A stretch of 63,415 nt of DNA from Candidatus Woesearchaeota archaeon (GTDB taxonomy: Archaea > Nanobdellota > Nanobdellia > Woesearchaeales > UBA583), in the NCBI GenBank assembly GCA_027858315.1, contig JAQICV010000041.1:1-63415 (forward strand), written 5' to 3'. The notes under the pieces are model-generated. The model was not told the origin of the DNA and made no database searches. It saw only the letters and a program-made list of their open reading frames with translations. Position 1 is the first letter of the stretch; each line of letters begins with the position of its first letter. A program made the position numbers and the translations under genes. This document shows positions 46,722-56,450 of this stretch, one piece after another.

Positions 46722-47321
46722 ATGAATGCAAGAACTTTTTTTGAGGAAATAATTGAAGAGCCAAACATTAAGAAGTATCTTGATTTTTTAAAATATCACC
46801 ATAATGAAACATATGAACACTCATTAAGAGTTGGAATGTATTCTACAATTATTGCATTCAACAAATTATTAGAGATTAATCAAGTAAGACTTGCAACAAT
46901 ATCTGGACTTTTTCATGATATAGGTAAATTAGGAATTCCAAAAGAAATATTATCTAAAACTACTAGTCTTAATGACAAAGAAAGGGAGATTATGAAAAAT
47001 CATTCAAAACTTGGGTTTGATTTTTTATTAAGTTTTCCTGTTGATATAAGAAAAATAATAATTGCCCATCATGAATATGATGAATTCCAATCTTATCCAA
47101 GAAAACATCATGTTGAAGAAGGAACACTTAAATTAAGAGAAAATAATTCAATAATTGACACAATTGCACAAATTGTTGCAATTTGTGATGTATATGATGC
47201 ATTATTAAATGAAAGGTCGTATAAAGATGCATATCCTAAAGAAAAAGTAATTGAAATGTTAAAAAATCCCAAATATTTATGGGACCAAAATATAATACTA
47301 ATTCTCGAAGAAAATATTTAA
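46722..47321 (+). CDS. HD-GYP-like phosphohydrolase
   Basis: TYEHSLRV, HDIGK..IP.EIL.K, H...G, HHE.....SYP, D.YDAL...RSYK. Confidence 0.87.
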   Translation: MNARTFFEEIIEEPNIKKYLDFLKYHHNETYEHSLRVGMYSTIIAFNKLLEINQVRLATISGLFHDIGKLGIPKEILSKTTSLNDKEREIMKNHSKLGFDFLLSFPVDIRKIIIAHHEYDEFQSYPRKHHVEEGTLKLRENNSIIDTIAQIVAICDVYDALLNERSYKDAYPKEKVIEMLKNPKYLWDQNIILILEENI

Positions 47322-47374
47322 TTTAATTATTCGAGAAACTCAACAATGATAATTTAAAATTCTCAAGCAGATTT

Positions 47375-48289
47375 TTATTCTAAAAATTCGACATCATCAA
47401 CAATTCCATCTGAATCTAAATCTATACCTTCAACTACTTTACTTTCGATTTTTGAGTCAAATATGTTCCCACCTTTAATATTAGAAAAATATTTTAAAAA
47501 AGATAGAATTGCAGACTTTGTACCTGCATTCCTAAGTCCTGCAACTATGAGTATTTTTTTATCTTTATTATAAGGATTAGATATTTTATTAATAATTCCA
47601 ATTTCATCATTAAAATATGTTTTTTTAGTTATATTAGAATAAATTCCTTTTTTTTCTTCATCAAAAAATATTGGCATTTGGTCATTAATCTCCAAAGTTA
47701 CCTTATTAACAATTGGGCCTCCTATAACAATTAAATTATTATCCTCAATTTGTTTTTGAGAAATTTCAGTATCAAGCATTACTTTACTATTAGGAACATA
47801 ATTTAGAAAACTACCTAAAAAAAGTGCAAGGTCCATACCAAAATATCCGTCTCTTGAACGAGCTTTTTGAGGTCCATGAGGATCAGGAGAACCAACAACT
47901 ATAATTGAATTTAATTCACCTTTCTCAATAAATGGATTAAGATAATTTGATTCTTTTTCATGAATACTCGTAGTTTCTCTAAAATCTTTAAATCTAAAAA
48001 AAAATGAATCTGAAGAAGTAGTATAAAAATTCGCATTTGTTCCATTAATATTTTCTTTTCTTTCTATTTCAATTATTTTAGTTTTTTCTAGCTTTTTAAT
48101 ATAATAATAAATATTTTGTTCATGAACATTTAAGGCCTTTGCAATTTGTTTTGGGTACATAGGTTCTTCAGAAATTAATTTTAGGATTTCACGAATAACT
48201 TTATTATTTAAATTTTCAATATTCTCAATGTCAATTTCACAAGTATCTAAAGCATAATTTTTATTTTTCTCTTCTTTTAATATTTTCAT
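47375..48289 (-). CDS. ArsR-like HTH regulator with C-terminal putative ligand-binding domain
   Basis: MYPKQIAKAL.VHEQNIYYYIKKLEK wHTH; NLIVIGGP.VN and AGL...GT.SA motifs; divergent from glmS. Confidence 0.8.
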   Translation of the reverse strand: MKILKEEKNKNYALDTCEIDIENIENLNNKVIREILKLISEEPMYPKQIAKALNVHEQNIYYYIKKLEKTKIIEIERKENINGTNANFYTTSSDSFFFRFKDFRETTSIHEKESNYLNPFIEKGELNSIIVVGSPDPHGPQKARSRDGYFGMDLALFLGSFLNYVPNSKVMLDTEISQKQIEDNNLIVIGGPIVNKVTLEINDQMPIFFDEEKKGIYSNITKKTYFNDEIGIINKISNPYNKDKKILIVAGLRNAGTKSAILSFLKYFSNIKGGNIFDSKIESKVVEGIDLDSDGIVDDVEFLE

Positions 48290-48323
48290 AGTTAGTATTA
48301 GTTTCAATCTTTTATAAATTTAT

Positions 48324-48391
48324 TCATAATAGTATTATGATTTTTTTAAAACCCTTTATAAGCTAAAAATCTTTAGTAATAAGTATTATGA
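48324..48391. promoter_or_regulatory. Candidate operator pair between the regulator and glmS
   Basis: TCATAAT-agt-ATTATGA palindrome (48324-48340) and related TAATAAGTATTATGA (48377-48391). Confidence 0.5.
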
Positions 48392-48559
48392 AATTAGTAA
48401 AAAATTATAAAGTTAATATATTAAGCTTAAATTTAGCAAAAGAGTTTATAAGTAGTAAATTTTTTAGATTAAATATGCAAGATTTACATTCTAAAAAAGG
48501 TTTAAATAATATTTCTCAATTAGAATTTAATAGAAAAAATTTAAGAGGTTTATTTTAGA

Positions 48560-50317
48560 ATGTGTGGAATAATAGGTAGGTTATCTATAAATAATCTAGA
48601 TCCAAGAAAAACACTTGAAGGAATCAAAGAATTAGAGTACAGAGGTTATGATTCATATGGTATTTTAATGTATAATTGTTTAACTGAAGAAAGTATCTAT
48701 GAAAAAAATATAGGTGAACTTGATTTCATGGATTTTCATAAATTTTCAGACATAAAAAGCAATATTGAATTAGGACATACAAGGTGGGCCACCCATGGTG
48801 GAATTTCAATAAATAATGCCCACCCTCAATTTGATTCATCAGAAAATTTTTTTGTAGTTATGAATGGAATAGTTGAAAACTTTTCAGAGGTTAGAGAAAG
48901 ACTCAAAAATTTTGGTCATAAATTTATCTCCGATACAGACACAGAAGTAATTCCAATGCTATACTCTTATTTTTTTGAAGATTTTGGTGATATACGAAAA
49001 AGTTTAATTGAAGCCTCAAAAAAAGTAATTCAAGAATTACAAGGGGAATTTTCATTTCTATTAAAATATAAAAATTATGTACTTGGATATAAAAATATTA
49101 ATCCTTTAATTTTTGGTATAGGTAATGACGAATTATTTATTTCAAGTGATTCAAACTTAGTTCAAAAAAATTCTGAGCTACATTTCATATTAGATGATGA
49201 TGAGTTTTTTTTGGCATCAGTTATAGATAATAATTTATCTTTTGAATTTTATAACCTAGCATTTAAAAGAATCTCAAAGCAGAGTTATAAATCAGAACAT
49301 ATTTTCGACTCTACTGAAAAATTGACGACTTATTATATGGAAAAAGAGATTTTAGAGCAACGAGATTTAAAAAATTTCATAACTCCTTCAAATCTTAAAA
49401 GTATAAGTTATTTACTAGATAGGATAAAAAAGAAAAAAAGAATAATATTAACTGGTGCAGGTACTTCATATCATGCAGCTATTTTTTTACACTATAGATT
49501 ACTTAGTCTTGGAATATTATCTCAACTAGTTATAGCATCAGAACTTAAAAATTATGCAAATGTAATAAAAAATTCATTGGTAGTAGTATTTTCACAATCA
49601 GGAGAAACTGCAGATTTAATTTATCCTCTAAAAGAATTAAAAAAAAAAAATGAGATTTTCACAGTAACAAATAGTATAAATTCGACTCTTGATAGGTTTG
49701 CAACAAATAGTGTATATCTAAATTGTGAAAAAGAAATATCTGTAGCATCAACAAAAGCTTTCACTTCTCAAATATTTTTCTCAAAAGTAATTGAGAATCT
49801 ATACATAGAAGAAGATTTAGGAGTATTTATTGAGCGTTATGAGAGAGATTTCGAAGAAGTTATATCTAACAATCAAGGAGTTCTAGATAATATCTGTTTC
49901 GACTTTAGAGACCAAAAAAGTTTCTTTTTTATTGGAAGAAATTCTTACTATCCTCTAGCACTTGAAGGAGCTCTAAAATTAAAAGAAATTTCATATATTC
50001 ATGCTGAAGGTTTTGCAGGAGGAGAACTTAAGCATGGAAGTTTAGCTTTAATTGAAAGTGGAGTTCCTGTAGTTGTAATTGGAGATGATTCTGAAATTTT
50101 ATCAAATGCACTTGAAATTAAAACTCGTTGTGGGATTATAATTGGAATAGGTAGTAAAAATCATGAAATATACGATTATTACCTTGAAGTTCCTGAAAAT
50201 TTTAAAGCGATATTTACAGTAATTTTAATGCAGATTTTATCATTAAAAATGACTTTAGTATTAGGATTTAACCCAGACAAGCCTAGAAATTTGGCGAAAA
50301 GTGTAACAGTTAAGTAA
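48560..50317 (+). CDS. glmS: Glucosamine-6-phosphate synthase
   Basis: MCGI, LEYRGYDS, GHTRWATHG, SQSGETAD, VASTKAF, LKLKE, PRNLAKSVT. Confidence 0.96.
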   Translation: MCGIIGRLSINNLDPRKTLEGIKELEYRGYDSYGILMYNCLTEESIYEKNIGELDFMDFHKFSDIKSNIELGHTRWATHGGISINNAHPQFDSSENFFVVMNGIVENFSEVRERLKNFGHKFISDTDTEVIPMLYSYFFEDFGDIRKSLIEASKKVIQELQGEFSFLLKYKNYVLGYKNINPLIFGIGNDELFISSDSNLVQKNSELHFILDDDEFFLASVIDNNLSFEFYNLAFKRISKQSYKSEHIFDSTEKLTTYYMEKEILEQRDLKNFITPSNLKSISYLLDRIKKKKRIILTGAGTSYHAAIFLHYRLLSLGILSQLVIASELKNYANVIKNSLVVVFSQSGETADLIYPLKELKKKNEIFTVTNSINSTLDRFATNSVYLNCEKEISVASTKAFTSQIFFSKVIENLYIEEDLGVFIERYERDFEEVISNNQGVLDNICFDFRDQKSFFFIGRNSYYPLALEGALKLKEISYIHAEGFAGGELKHGSLALIESGVPVVVIGDDSEILSNALEIKTRCGIIIGIGSKNHEIYDYYLEVPENFKAIFTVILMQILSLKMTLVLGFNPDKPRNLAKSVTVK

Positions 50318-50392
50318 AATGAATGAATTAATTCATTAGTTACTTTGTTTATGAACAAAGTTTATAAATCCAATTTCATTTTCTTTTGTATC

Positions 50393-50761
50393 ATGGCGCA
50401 AGTTCCAAAAACAAAAACAACAAACAAGGTTCTATTTGATACCGTTCAAGATTTAAGAAAATTATCTAATAAGACTGGTGTTAAGGTGTGGAAAGCAGTG
50501 GCAGTAAAATTAGCTGGTCCTGCGAGTCAAAGGTCACAAGTAAATGTTGGTAAAATTGACAAGTTAGTAAAAGATTCAGAAACAATTATTGTTTGTGGAA
50601 AAATTTTAGGTGACGGTTTATTATCTAAAAAAGTAACTGTAGTTGCACTTAGTGCATCAGATAGCGCAGTTGCAAAAATCGAGAAAGCAGGTGGTAAATT
50701 TGTAAAAATTAAAGATCACATTGCAAAAACTCCAGATAACAAACTAAGAATTATTGCATAG
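50393..50761 (+). CDS. rpl18e: 50S ribosomal protein eL18
   Basis: W..VA..L, VNVGKI, GKILG.G, S.SA..KI..AGG; ATG 50393. Confidence 0.94.
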   Translation: MAQVPKTKTTNKVLFDTVQDLRKLSNKTGVKVWKAVAVKLAGPASQRSQVNVGKIDKLVKDSETIIVCGKILGDGLLSKKVTVVALSASDSAVAKIEKAGGKFVKIKDHIAKTPDNKLRIIA

Positions 50762-50830
50762 TCGATGAATGAATCGACCACCGAAAAAGACTTAGTCTTT
50801 TGACCGTGATTAATTCAAATTATTTTTTAT

Positions 50831-50905
50831 AGCGAAGTGGAGCAGTTAGGAGTGCTCGCAGGGCTCATAACCCTGAGGTCAGTGGTTCAAATCCACTCTT
50901 CGCTA
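50831..50905 (+). tRNA. Initiator tRNA-Met (CAT)
   Basis: Complete cloverleaf, A1:U72, three consecutive G-C pairs in the anticodon stem, TTCAAAT loop; no intron, CCA not encoded. Confidence 0.96.
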
Positions 50906-51017
50906 CTCAAGGAAGATCCGTTTATTGGGTCAGACCTATATTTCTAAAATAACTAAAATTTAAATACAAATTTCACTATTTTTATTAAATTTTCAAAAAA
51001 ATTAAACAATAAATATT

Positions 51018-51377
51018 TTAGAATTTTAAATATTTATCTGCATAAGAACCAACAATAGGTATCTCATCATTTTTCCCATTAATTGAATTAACAAGTCCAA
51101 TTATCCATAATACAAATATTGTGATACTAACAATTACTTCTATAAATATAATTATAGGTATCAATACTATAGTAAAAGCCAAAATGCTGCCTAAAATTGC
51201 AAAGGCAATGTTAAATACTAATGATATAATTAGTAAATTTAAAGCTTGTTTAGTATGGAATTTCACATAAGAACTTTTTTTCATTTTCTCATCAGCAAAA
51301 TACCATATAATTCCAACTAGGAAATAGGCTAAAATTGAGACTAGCTTTTCATTTTATATATTTTCTGTTTTTGCCAT
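51018..51377 (-). pseudogene. DUF4870-like membrane protein with in-frame TAA at codon 8
   Basis: ATG 51377 gives MAKTENI*NEKLVSILAYFLVGIIW... in frame with the listed ORF (KFHTKQAL...G..N..NG....IP.VG). Confidence 0.7.
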
Positions 51378-51427
51378 TCTATAATATAAACTTAGCAATT
51401 TATAAAGTTGAGCACTATTAAAATATT

Positions 51428-52027
51428 TTACAACTTCAAATTTCTTCTATATCTAATTATTTTAAGTGCTTTAAGCATTGGATGACTATTATTATTATTT
51501 TTAATACATTCTTCTTTAAATTTAAAATAGTATAAATCTAATTTATCATTAGTTAATTTACTCAAATATTCAAACTTTGAATCTAATTCCTCATTTACTA
51601 TTGAATCACTTTTAATGTTATTAATAGAAAATACTTCAGATGAATCTTTAGATTCTCCAAAATCAAATAAATTCTTTTTTTTTTTAGTCTTTTTCAATTT
51701 AGACTCATATTGATTCATAATTGTAAAAAGGTCTTTAATTCCTCTCGTAATCTGCCTTATATCTTCCTGAATTGCTTGAGCAATAGCTCCAAGGTTCTTT
51801 TCAGCATTTTTTTGGCTTTTACATCTAAAAATAAATTCTTTACCATTAATAACCCATAATACTTGTGCAAAATCATCATCATACTCAATTTCAATATAAT
51901 CTTTCAAAACTCCAATTTTGCTCAAAGCAGAAATAATTTGATTTTCATAATATTCAACAGATTTTAGTCCTTCAAACTCATGTGGTTTAAATATTAATGT
52001 TTTTCCATTGATATTATACTCTTTCAT
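51428..52027 (-). CDS. Hypothetical protein
   Basis: 199-aa ORF with TATA upstream. Confidence 0.65.
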   Translation of the reverse strand: MKEYNINGKTLIFKPHEFEGLKSVEYYENQIISALSKIGVLKDYIEIEYDDDFAQVLWVINGKEFIFRCKSQKNAEKNLGAIAQAIQEDIRQITRGIKDLFTIMNQYESKLKKTKKKKNLFDFGESKDSSEVFSINNIKSDSIVNEELDSKFEYLSKLTNDKLDLYYFKFKEECIKNNNNSHPMLKALKIIRYRRNLKL

Positions 52028-52070
52028 ATAAATAAAAATTATGTTTAAGATTTATAAAATTTGAGTTTCC

Positions 52071-52619
52071 TCAAAATCCACTATTCTCAGCCAAATATTT
52101 AATCTCTTCAATAGTCGACTCTCTACCTAAAATTTCATTTCTATATGGAAATCTTCCAAATTCTTTAATAATTTCTTTATGTAGATTAGCATATTTCGTA
52201 CTCTCTTTCAAATCTAATCCTTTCTCTTTAGCCATTTCTTCAAAAAATTCAACACACTTTTCTTGTTCATTCAAGCTCTCAGAGTGCATAAATGGCATAT
52301 AAAAAAAATTTCTTCCTCTTTTAACTTTTTTATTAAAACCTTTTTCAATTGCTCTTTTAGCAACATTTAGAGCTAAATTATCACTTGCAAAGCTTTTAGT
52401 AGTTCCTCTATACATATTCCTAGGAAATTGATCAAGTAGAATAATCAAAGCAAGAGTAGACTCTGGATCCTCTTCCCAAGATGTAAGTCCCAGATTTATA
52501 GCTTTATAGTACAAATCTTCAAACTTCTCACGAATTTTTTTATCTAATTCAGGATTCTTCTCAAACCATGCTTTAGGCTCTAAATTAAACCAAAACTCTA
52601 TTACATCTTTAGATTCCAT
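52071..52619 (-). CDS. DUF924 family protein
   Basis: LDQFPRN.YRG, FFYMPFMHSE, FGRFP.RN..LGR.ST.EE. Confidence 0.92.
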   Translation of the reverse strand: MESKDVIEFWFNLEPKAWFEKNPELDKKIREKFEDLYYKAINLGLTSWEEDPESTLALIILLDQFPRNMYRGTTKSFASDNLALNVAKRAIEKGFNKKVKRGRNFFYMPFMHSESLNEQEKCVEFFEEMAKEKGLDLKESTKYANLHKEIIKEFGRFPYRNEILGRESTIEEIKYLAENSGF

Positions 52620-52829
52620 TATCGGATATGGTTTTTCAAATTTATAAAATTAAGCAAATAAAACCAATAATATTATAAATAAAACTATTCTCTCTATTCT
52701 TAGCATAGTAAAAATAAAATAATATTAATAATACATAATTTTGAATAAAATTACAAATTTTATATCAATGTTTTATTATACATGCAAAAAGTGGCTATTA
52801 ATAACGGTCAATGAATAGGTATTAAACAA

Positions 52830-52982
52830 ATGATTTGTAAAAGTTGTAATAGTAATAAAATAATAACACGAAAAAATTATTCTCATGGTAAAGCATCTGG
52901 GGGAAAGAAAGTTCTGTCCTGTAAAGAATGTGGTTCAAGTGATATTGAATTACCAAGAAGTAATAATTTTAGGAGAAGATAA
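52830..52982 (+). CDS. 50-aa zinc-ribbon microprotein (not in ORF track)
   Basis: MICKSC...CKECGS...FRRR*; AGGT upstream; ends 2 nt before the csp ATG. Confidence 0.75.
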   Translation: MICKSCNSNKIITRKNYSHGKASGGKKVLSCKECGSSDIELPRSNNFRRR

Positions 52983-52984
52983 AA

Positions 52985-53200
52985 ATGAAAGGAACAGTTA
53001 AATTTTTTAACCAATTAAAAGGCTTTGGATTCATCAAAGCTGAAGACGAGAAAGAGTACTTCGTTCACATCTCAGGTATTGAGGGTGGAGTAGAATTAAA
53101 TGAGGGAGATAATGTAGATTTCGAAACTCAAAAAGATGACAGAGGATTAAAAGCAGTTAATGTAAAAATTGGTGCTGAATCTTCAGATTCTGAAGAATAA
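52985..53200 (+). CDS. csp: Cold-shock domain protein
   Basis: GTVKFF...KGFGFI, YFVHIS, A.NV. Confidence 0.95.
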   Translation: MKGTVKFFNQLKGFGFIKAEDEKEYFVHISGIEGGVELNEGDNVDFETQKDDRGLKAVNVKIGAESSDSEE

Positions 53201-53271
53201 ATATTTTATTCTTTTTAAACAAACAAAAATTCTAAATAAAATATAAATTACTTGTAATTTTACTATTAAAT

Positions 53272-53910
53272 TCAAACCAAACTATCTCTACCACTAAAAG
53301 GCACAAATCTCACAGATATAGATTTCATTACAAGTTTAAGTTCATCAGCACTTTTAACATACTTTGTAAGCCTTTGAGAATGCAAGTCTCCTTCAGGTAA
53401 GACTATCACTCCTCCTTCTTTCAAAGATTTGATAATACTTATTGGCACTTTATCTATTGCTGTAGTAATTATTGCTTTATCGAAATAATTTTCTTCTTGA
53501 ACATCAGAACCATCTATACATTTAATAACAACATTATCTATTTTAGATTGTTTCAAGTTATTTTTTGCAAAATTACAAAGCTCTGGAATAATCTCGTAAC
53601 TAATTACCTTACTAACAATTTTGCTTAAAATCGCTGATTGGTATCCACTACCAGTTCCAATTTCTAAAACTAAATCATATTCATCTAAATTTAGCATCTG
53701 AGTCATATACGCAACAACAAAAGGTTGAGAAATGCTCTGTAATGCGCAAATAGGTAATGCAGAATCTAAATAAGCGTAATCTTTATTTTCTTTTAAAACA
53801 AAATTTTCTCTTGGAACTTCAAGCAATGCATTTAATACATTCTTATCAACAATTCCTTGAGATTTTAGATAAAATGTTAAAATCTCCCTTTCTTGTTTCC
53901 TAGTTTTCAT
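53272..53910 (-). CDS. pcm: Protein-L-isoaspartate O-methyltransferase
   Basis: VPRE.F, AY.D..LPI, ISQP, VLEIGTGSGY, VRFVP. Confidence 0.94.
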   Translation of the reverse strand: MKTRKQEREILTFYLKSQGIVDKNVLNALLEVPRENFVLKENKDYAYLDSALPICALQSISQPFVVAYMTQMLNLDEYDLVLEIGTGSGYQSAILSKIVSKVISYEIIPELCNFAKNNLKQSKIDNVVIKCIDGSDVQEENYFDKAIITTAIDKVPISIIKSLKEGGVIVLPEGDLHSQRLTKYVKSADELKLVMKSISVRFVPFSGRDSLV

Positions 53911-54488
53911 TTGATTAATTTATTTTTATCATCTTTAAATATTCTAAGCGCAATCCATACAATAAGTATAAATTCAACAAGTAATATTGCAGGTCTTGCA
54001 TATCTTCCCATATCAGAAAAATACTGTGCAGTACCAAAAAAAACGGTACTTATTCCACCAATTAAAAGACCTGATATAATCCAATCTGTAGCATTTTTCT
54101 TAGATGTTGTATACATTCCAACAATAATTGCAATAAGTCCCATAACACTCGTTACAATAAATCCTAAAAGTCTAAAATCTTTTGATGCTTTATTATATTC
54201 TGCTTGACAAGTATTACATTCATAACTTATAGGACAATTTACGCTATCATATGTATATTCTATAAAACCTTCACTCTGACTACAAATCAATTGTTCTTCT
54301 TTAGAAGGATTTTCAAATAGAGGACAAGAATCATTGCCTTGCTTGTCAATAAAAGGTCTTGAATCCTGAGCGCAATAATCATTGTAATTAGGTTGTGGTT
54401 TAATCAGCTCAACAACACTAAAACTAAAAAGAGTAAAAATTATCACGATAATAATTATAATTCCATATTTCTTAACTTTGTCTATCAT
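53907..54488 (-). CDS. Hypothetical membrane protein with Cys-rich outer loop
   Basis: N-terminal TM, six-Cys loop, three C-terminal TM helices. Confidence 0.7.
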   Translation of the reverse strand: MIDKVKKYGIIIIIVIIFTLFSFSVVELIKPQPNYNDYCAQDSRPFIDKQGNDSCPLFENPSKEEQLICSQSEGFIEYTYDSVNCPISYECNTCQAEYNKASKDFRLLGFIVTSVMGLIAIIVGMYTTSKKNATDWIISGLLIGGISTVFFGTAQYFSDMGRYARPAILLVEFILIVWIALRIFKDDKNKLIK

Positions 54489-54584
54489 ATCAGGAGTATA
54501 TGATTTGTGAATTTATAAAATTAACTTGAAATATTAGTAATTTGAGAAAAGAAGAGATAGATTTAATTATTTTCAATAAAATAA

Positions 54585-55369
54585 TTAACTAAACCAACCT
54601 TTAAACCCTGTCCACATTTTTGAAAACATATTTTTAGATTGAACTTGATTTACTTGTTGTACATTATTTTCATTAATTTGATTAACTCCATTATCTGCAG
54701 CATTAGAATTCTTATTCTGACTACTTACTTGAGTTTGAGCTCCTTGAGAATCATATTGAGTTCCAGTTTCCATATCACCTGATAAAATTAAATTATAATC
54801 TTCTTCAGTAATAAATTGAGGCTCATAAACTCCACCATTTCTTTCAAGCAATCTAATAAATCTTGTAAATCTTTAATATCTAAATCTTCAACTGTTGCTC
54901 CAACACTTAGTGCATCAACTAATGAATTTGAACCTTGTTCTACTAATTGATTATACAAATCTTGTAATTCTTGATTTTCAAATACTCCTCTTTCATCATT
55001 TGTCATTGGGTCTTCAATATCATACTTATCTAAAAGAGATTTAACTGCAGTAGTATGTGTTTGTTCACTACTTGCAATATTTGTGAAAATTTGTTGAGAC
55101 CAAATATCATAAAGTTCTAAATAAACATCTCTTGCTAACTTTTCTTCTTCTTTCATAAGCAATAAACCATTCATCTCTTCCTGGCTTAATTCTTCAATTG
55201 GATATGCATCAATTTGAGTTTGATGATCTACTTGAGTATCATCATAAATTAAGTAAACCTGTCCACCTTGATTCTTTCCAAAACCTTTGCCTTGTTGTCC
55301 ATTACCATTAAATGCAAATGTGCTACTGCTCATTAAAATAACTAAAAACAGATCAATTATTATTTTCAT
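54585..55369 (-). pseudogene. DUF2202 ferritin-like exported protein broken by a frameshifting deletion
   Basis: EEEKLARDVY, SEQTH, EDLDI.DL, then a frame change at ~54851 directly into LERNGGVYEPQF. Confidence 0.75.
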
Positions 55370-55445
55370 TGTATTTTATCAATTTGTTATATTTTTCTAT
55401 GTTTGAAACAAGATATATATATTATTGAAACCTATATACTTAAAT

Positions 55446-56042
55446 CTACGCATAATCAACTTTAATCAGGAAATAGATTTTTCTTGTCACAAAAAATCCT
55501 ATCAGAAGTAGAAATATTAATAATGAGAAATCAGAAATCAGAGTAAGCAATTCTCCCCATGTTTCTTTAAAGAAAAACCCTAATGAAGCAAATATAGTTG
55601 CATATAGAATCTCCCCAAATATTATAAATATTATAAACTTTTTAAAATCAAACTTATTCAATCCGGCTATATAATTCATAGCAGGTCCAAGTCCAGTAAT
55701 TAAAAATCTAGTAAAAAATATACTAGAACTTCCATATTTACTCATTGCTTTCTCACTTTTGTTATAATTTTTTGAAATAAACTTCTTATGTTTATATTTT
55801 TCTAATAATTTGCTTCCATATTTCTCACCTATTTTATATGCAAAAATATCTCCAGTAATTGTAAAAATAATAATAATTAATATTATCAAGAAAAGATATG
55901 AAATACTATAAGTAGAAGAACCTGCAAACATAATCAAAAAAATTGCTCCAAGTGGAACTCCAATTTGAGAGAAAAAAGTAAAGAATGAAAGAGCAAAAAT
56001 AATATTCTCTTCAAAATAATCAAATATAAAATCTAAACTCAT
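55446..56042 (-). CDS. DedA family membrane protein
   Basis: GD..AY.IG..YG, FFTRF, AG....F..F. Confidence 0.88.
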   Translation of the reverse strand: MSLDFIFDYFEENIIFALSFFTFFSQIGVPLGAIFLIMFAGSSTYSISYLFLIILIIIIFTITGDIFAYKIGEKYGSKLLEKYKHKKFISKNYNKSEKAMSKYGSSSIFFTRFLITGLGPAMNYIAGLNKFDFKKFIIFIIFGEILYATIFASLGFFFKETWGELLTLISDFSLLIFLLLIGFFVTRKIYFLIKVDYA

Positions 56043-56398
56043 TTTTTATTATCACCTGAAGAATTATCATTTAGGTTATATTTCTTATTTAAATCTCTAA
56101 TAATATTTTTACAATCTAGATTTTCTTCAATACAAATAGTTGAAAGAGGTTTCCTTTTATCATAAAAACTCAAATCTATATTTAATTCATTTTTGAAATC
56201 AACCTCAAATCTACTCTCAATAGATTTAATATTCATCCAATCTTCTATCTTTTGTGTAGATTCATCTTGATTAAAATAATCTTTATGCAAATCCCACATT
56301 TGATACTTATTATAAGTTTTAAAAGAAAATAGTGAAATCAAACCTAAAATAATAATTAATAAAACTATCAAAAATATTAATTTTTTCTTTTTATTCAT
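56039..56398 (-). CDS. Hypothetical membrane-anchored protein coupled to dedA
   Basis: N-terminal TM, IEDWM motif; 4-nt overlap with dedA. Confidence 0.65.
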   Translation of the reverse strand: MNKKKKLIFLIVLLIIILGLISLFSFKTYNKYQMWDLHKDYFNQDESTQKIEDWMNIKSIESRFEVDFKNELNIDLSFYDKRKPLSTICIEENLDCKNIIRDLNKKYNLNDNSSGDNKK

Positions 56399-56450
56399 AA
56401 TTAATTATTTCATTAAATCTTTATAAATTATTTTAATTATATTTATATAT

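Noticed and set aside
48420..48559. glmS ribozyme
   Set aside because: AT-rich with none of the conserved ribozyme core
51354..51356. Stop-codon reassignment
   Set aside because: Isolated case; TAA, TAG and TGA all end conserved genes correctly elsewhere in the window
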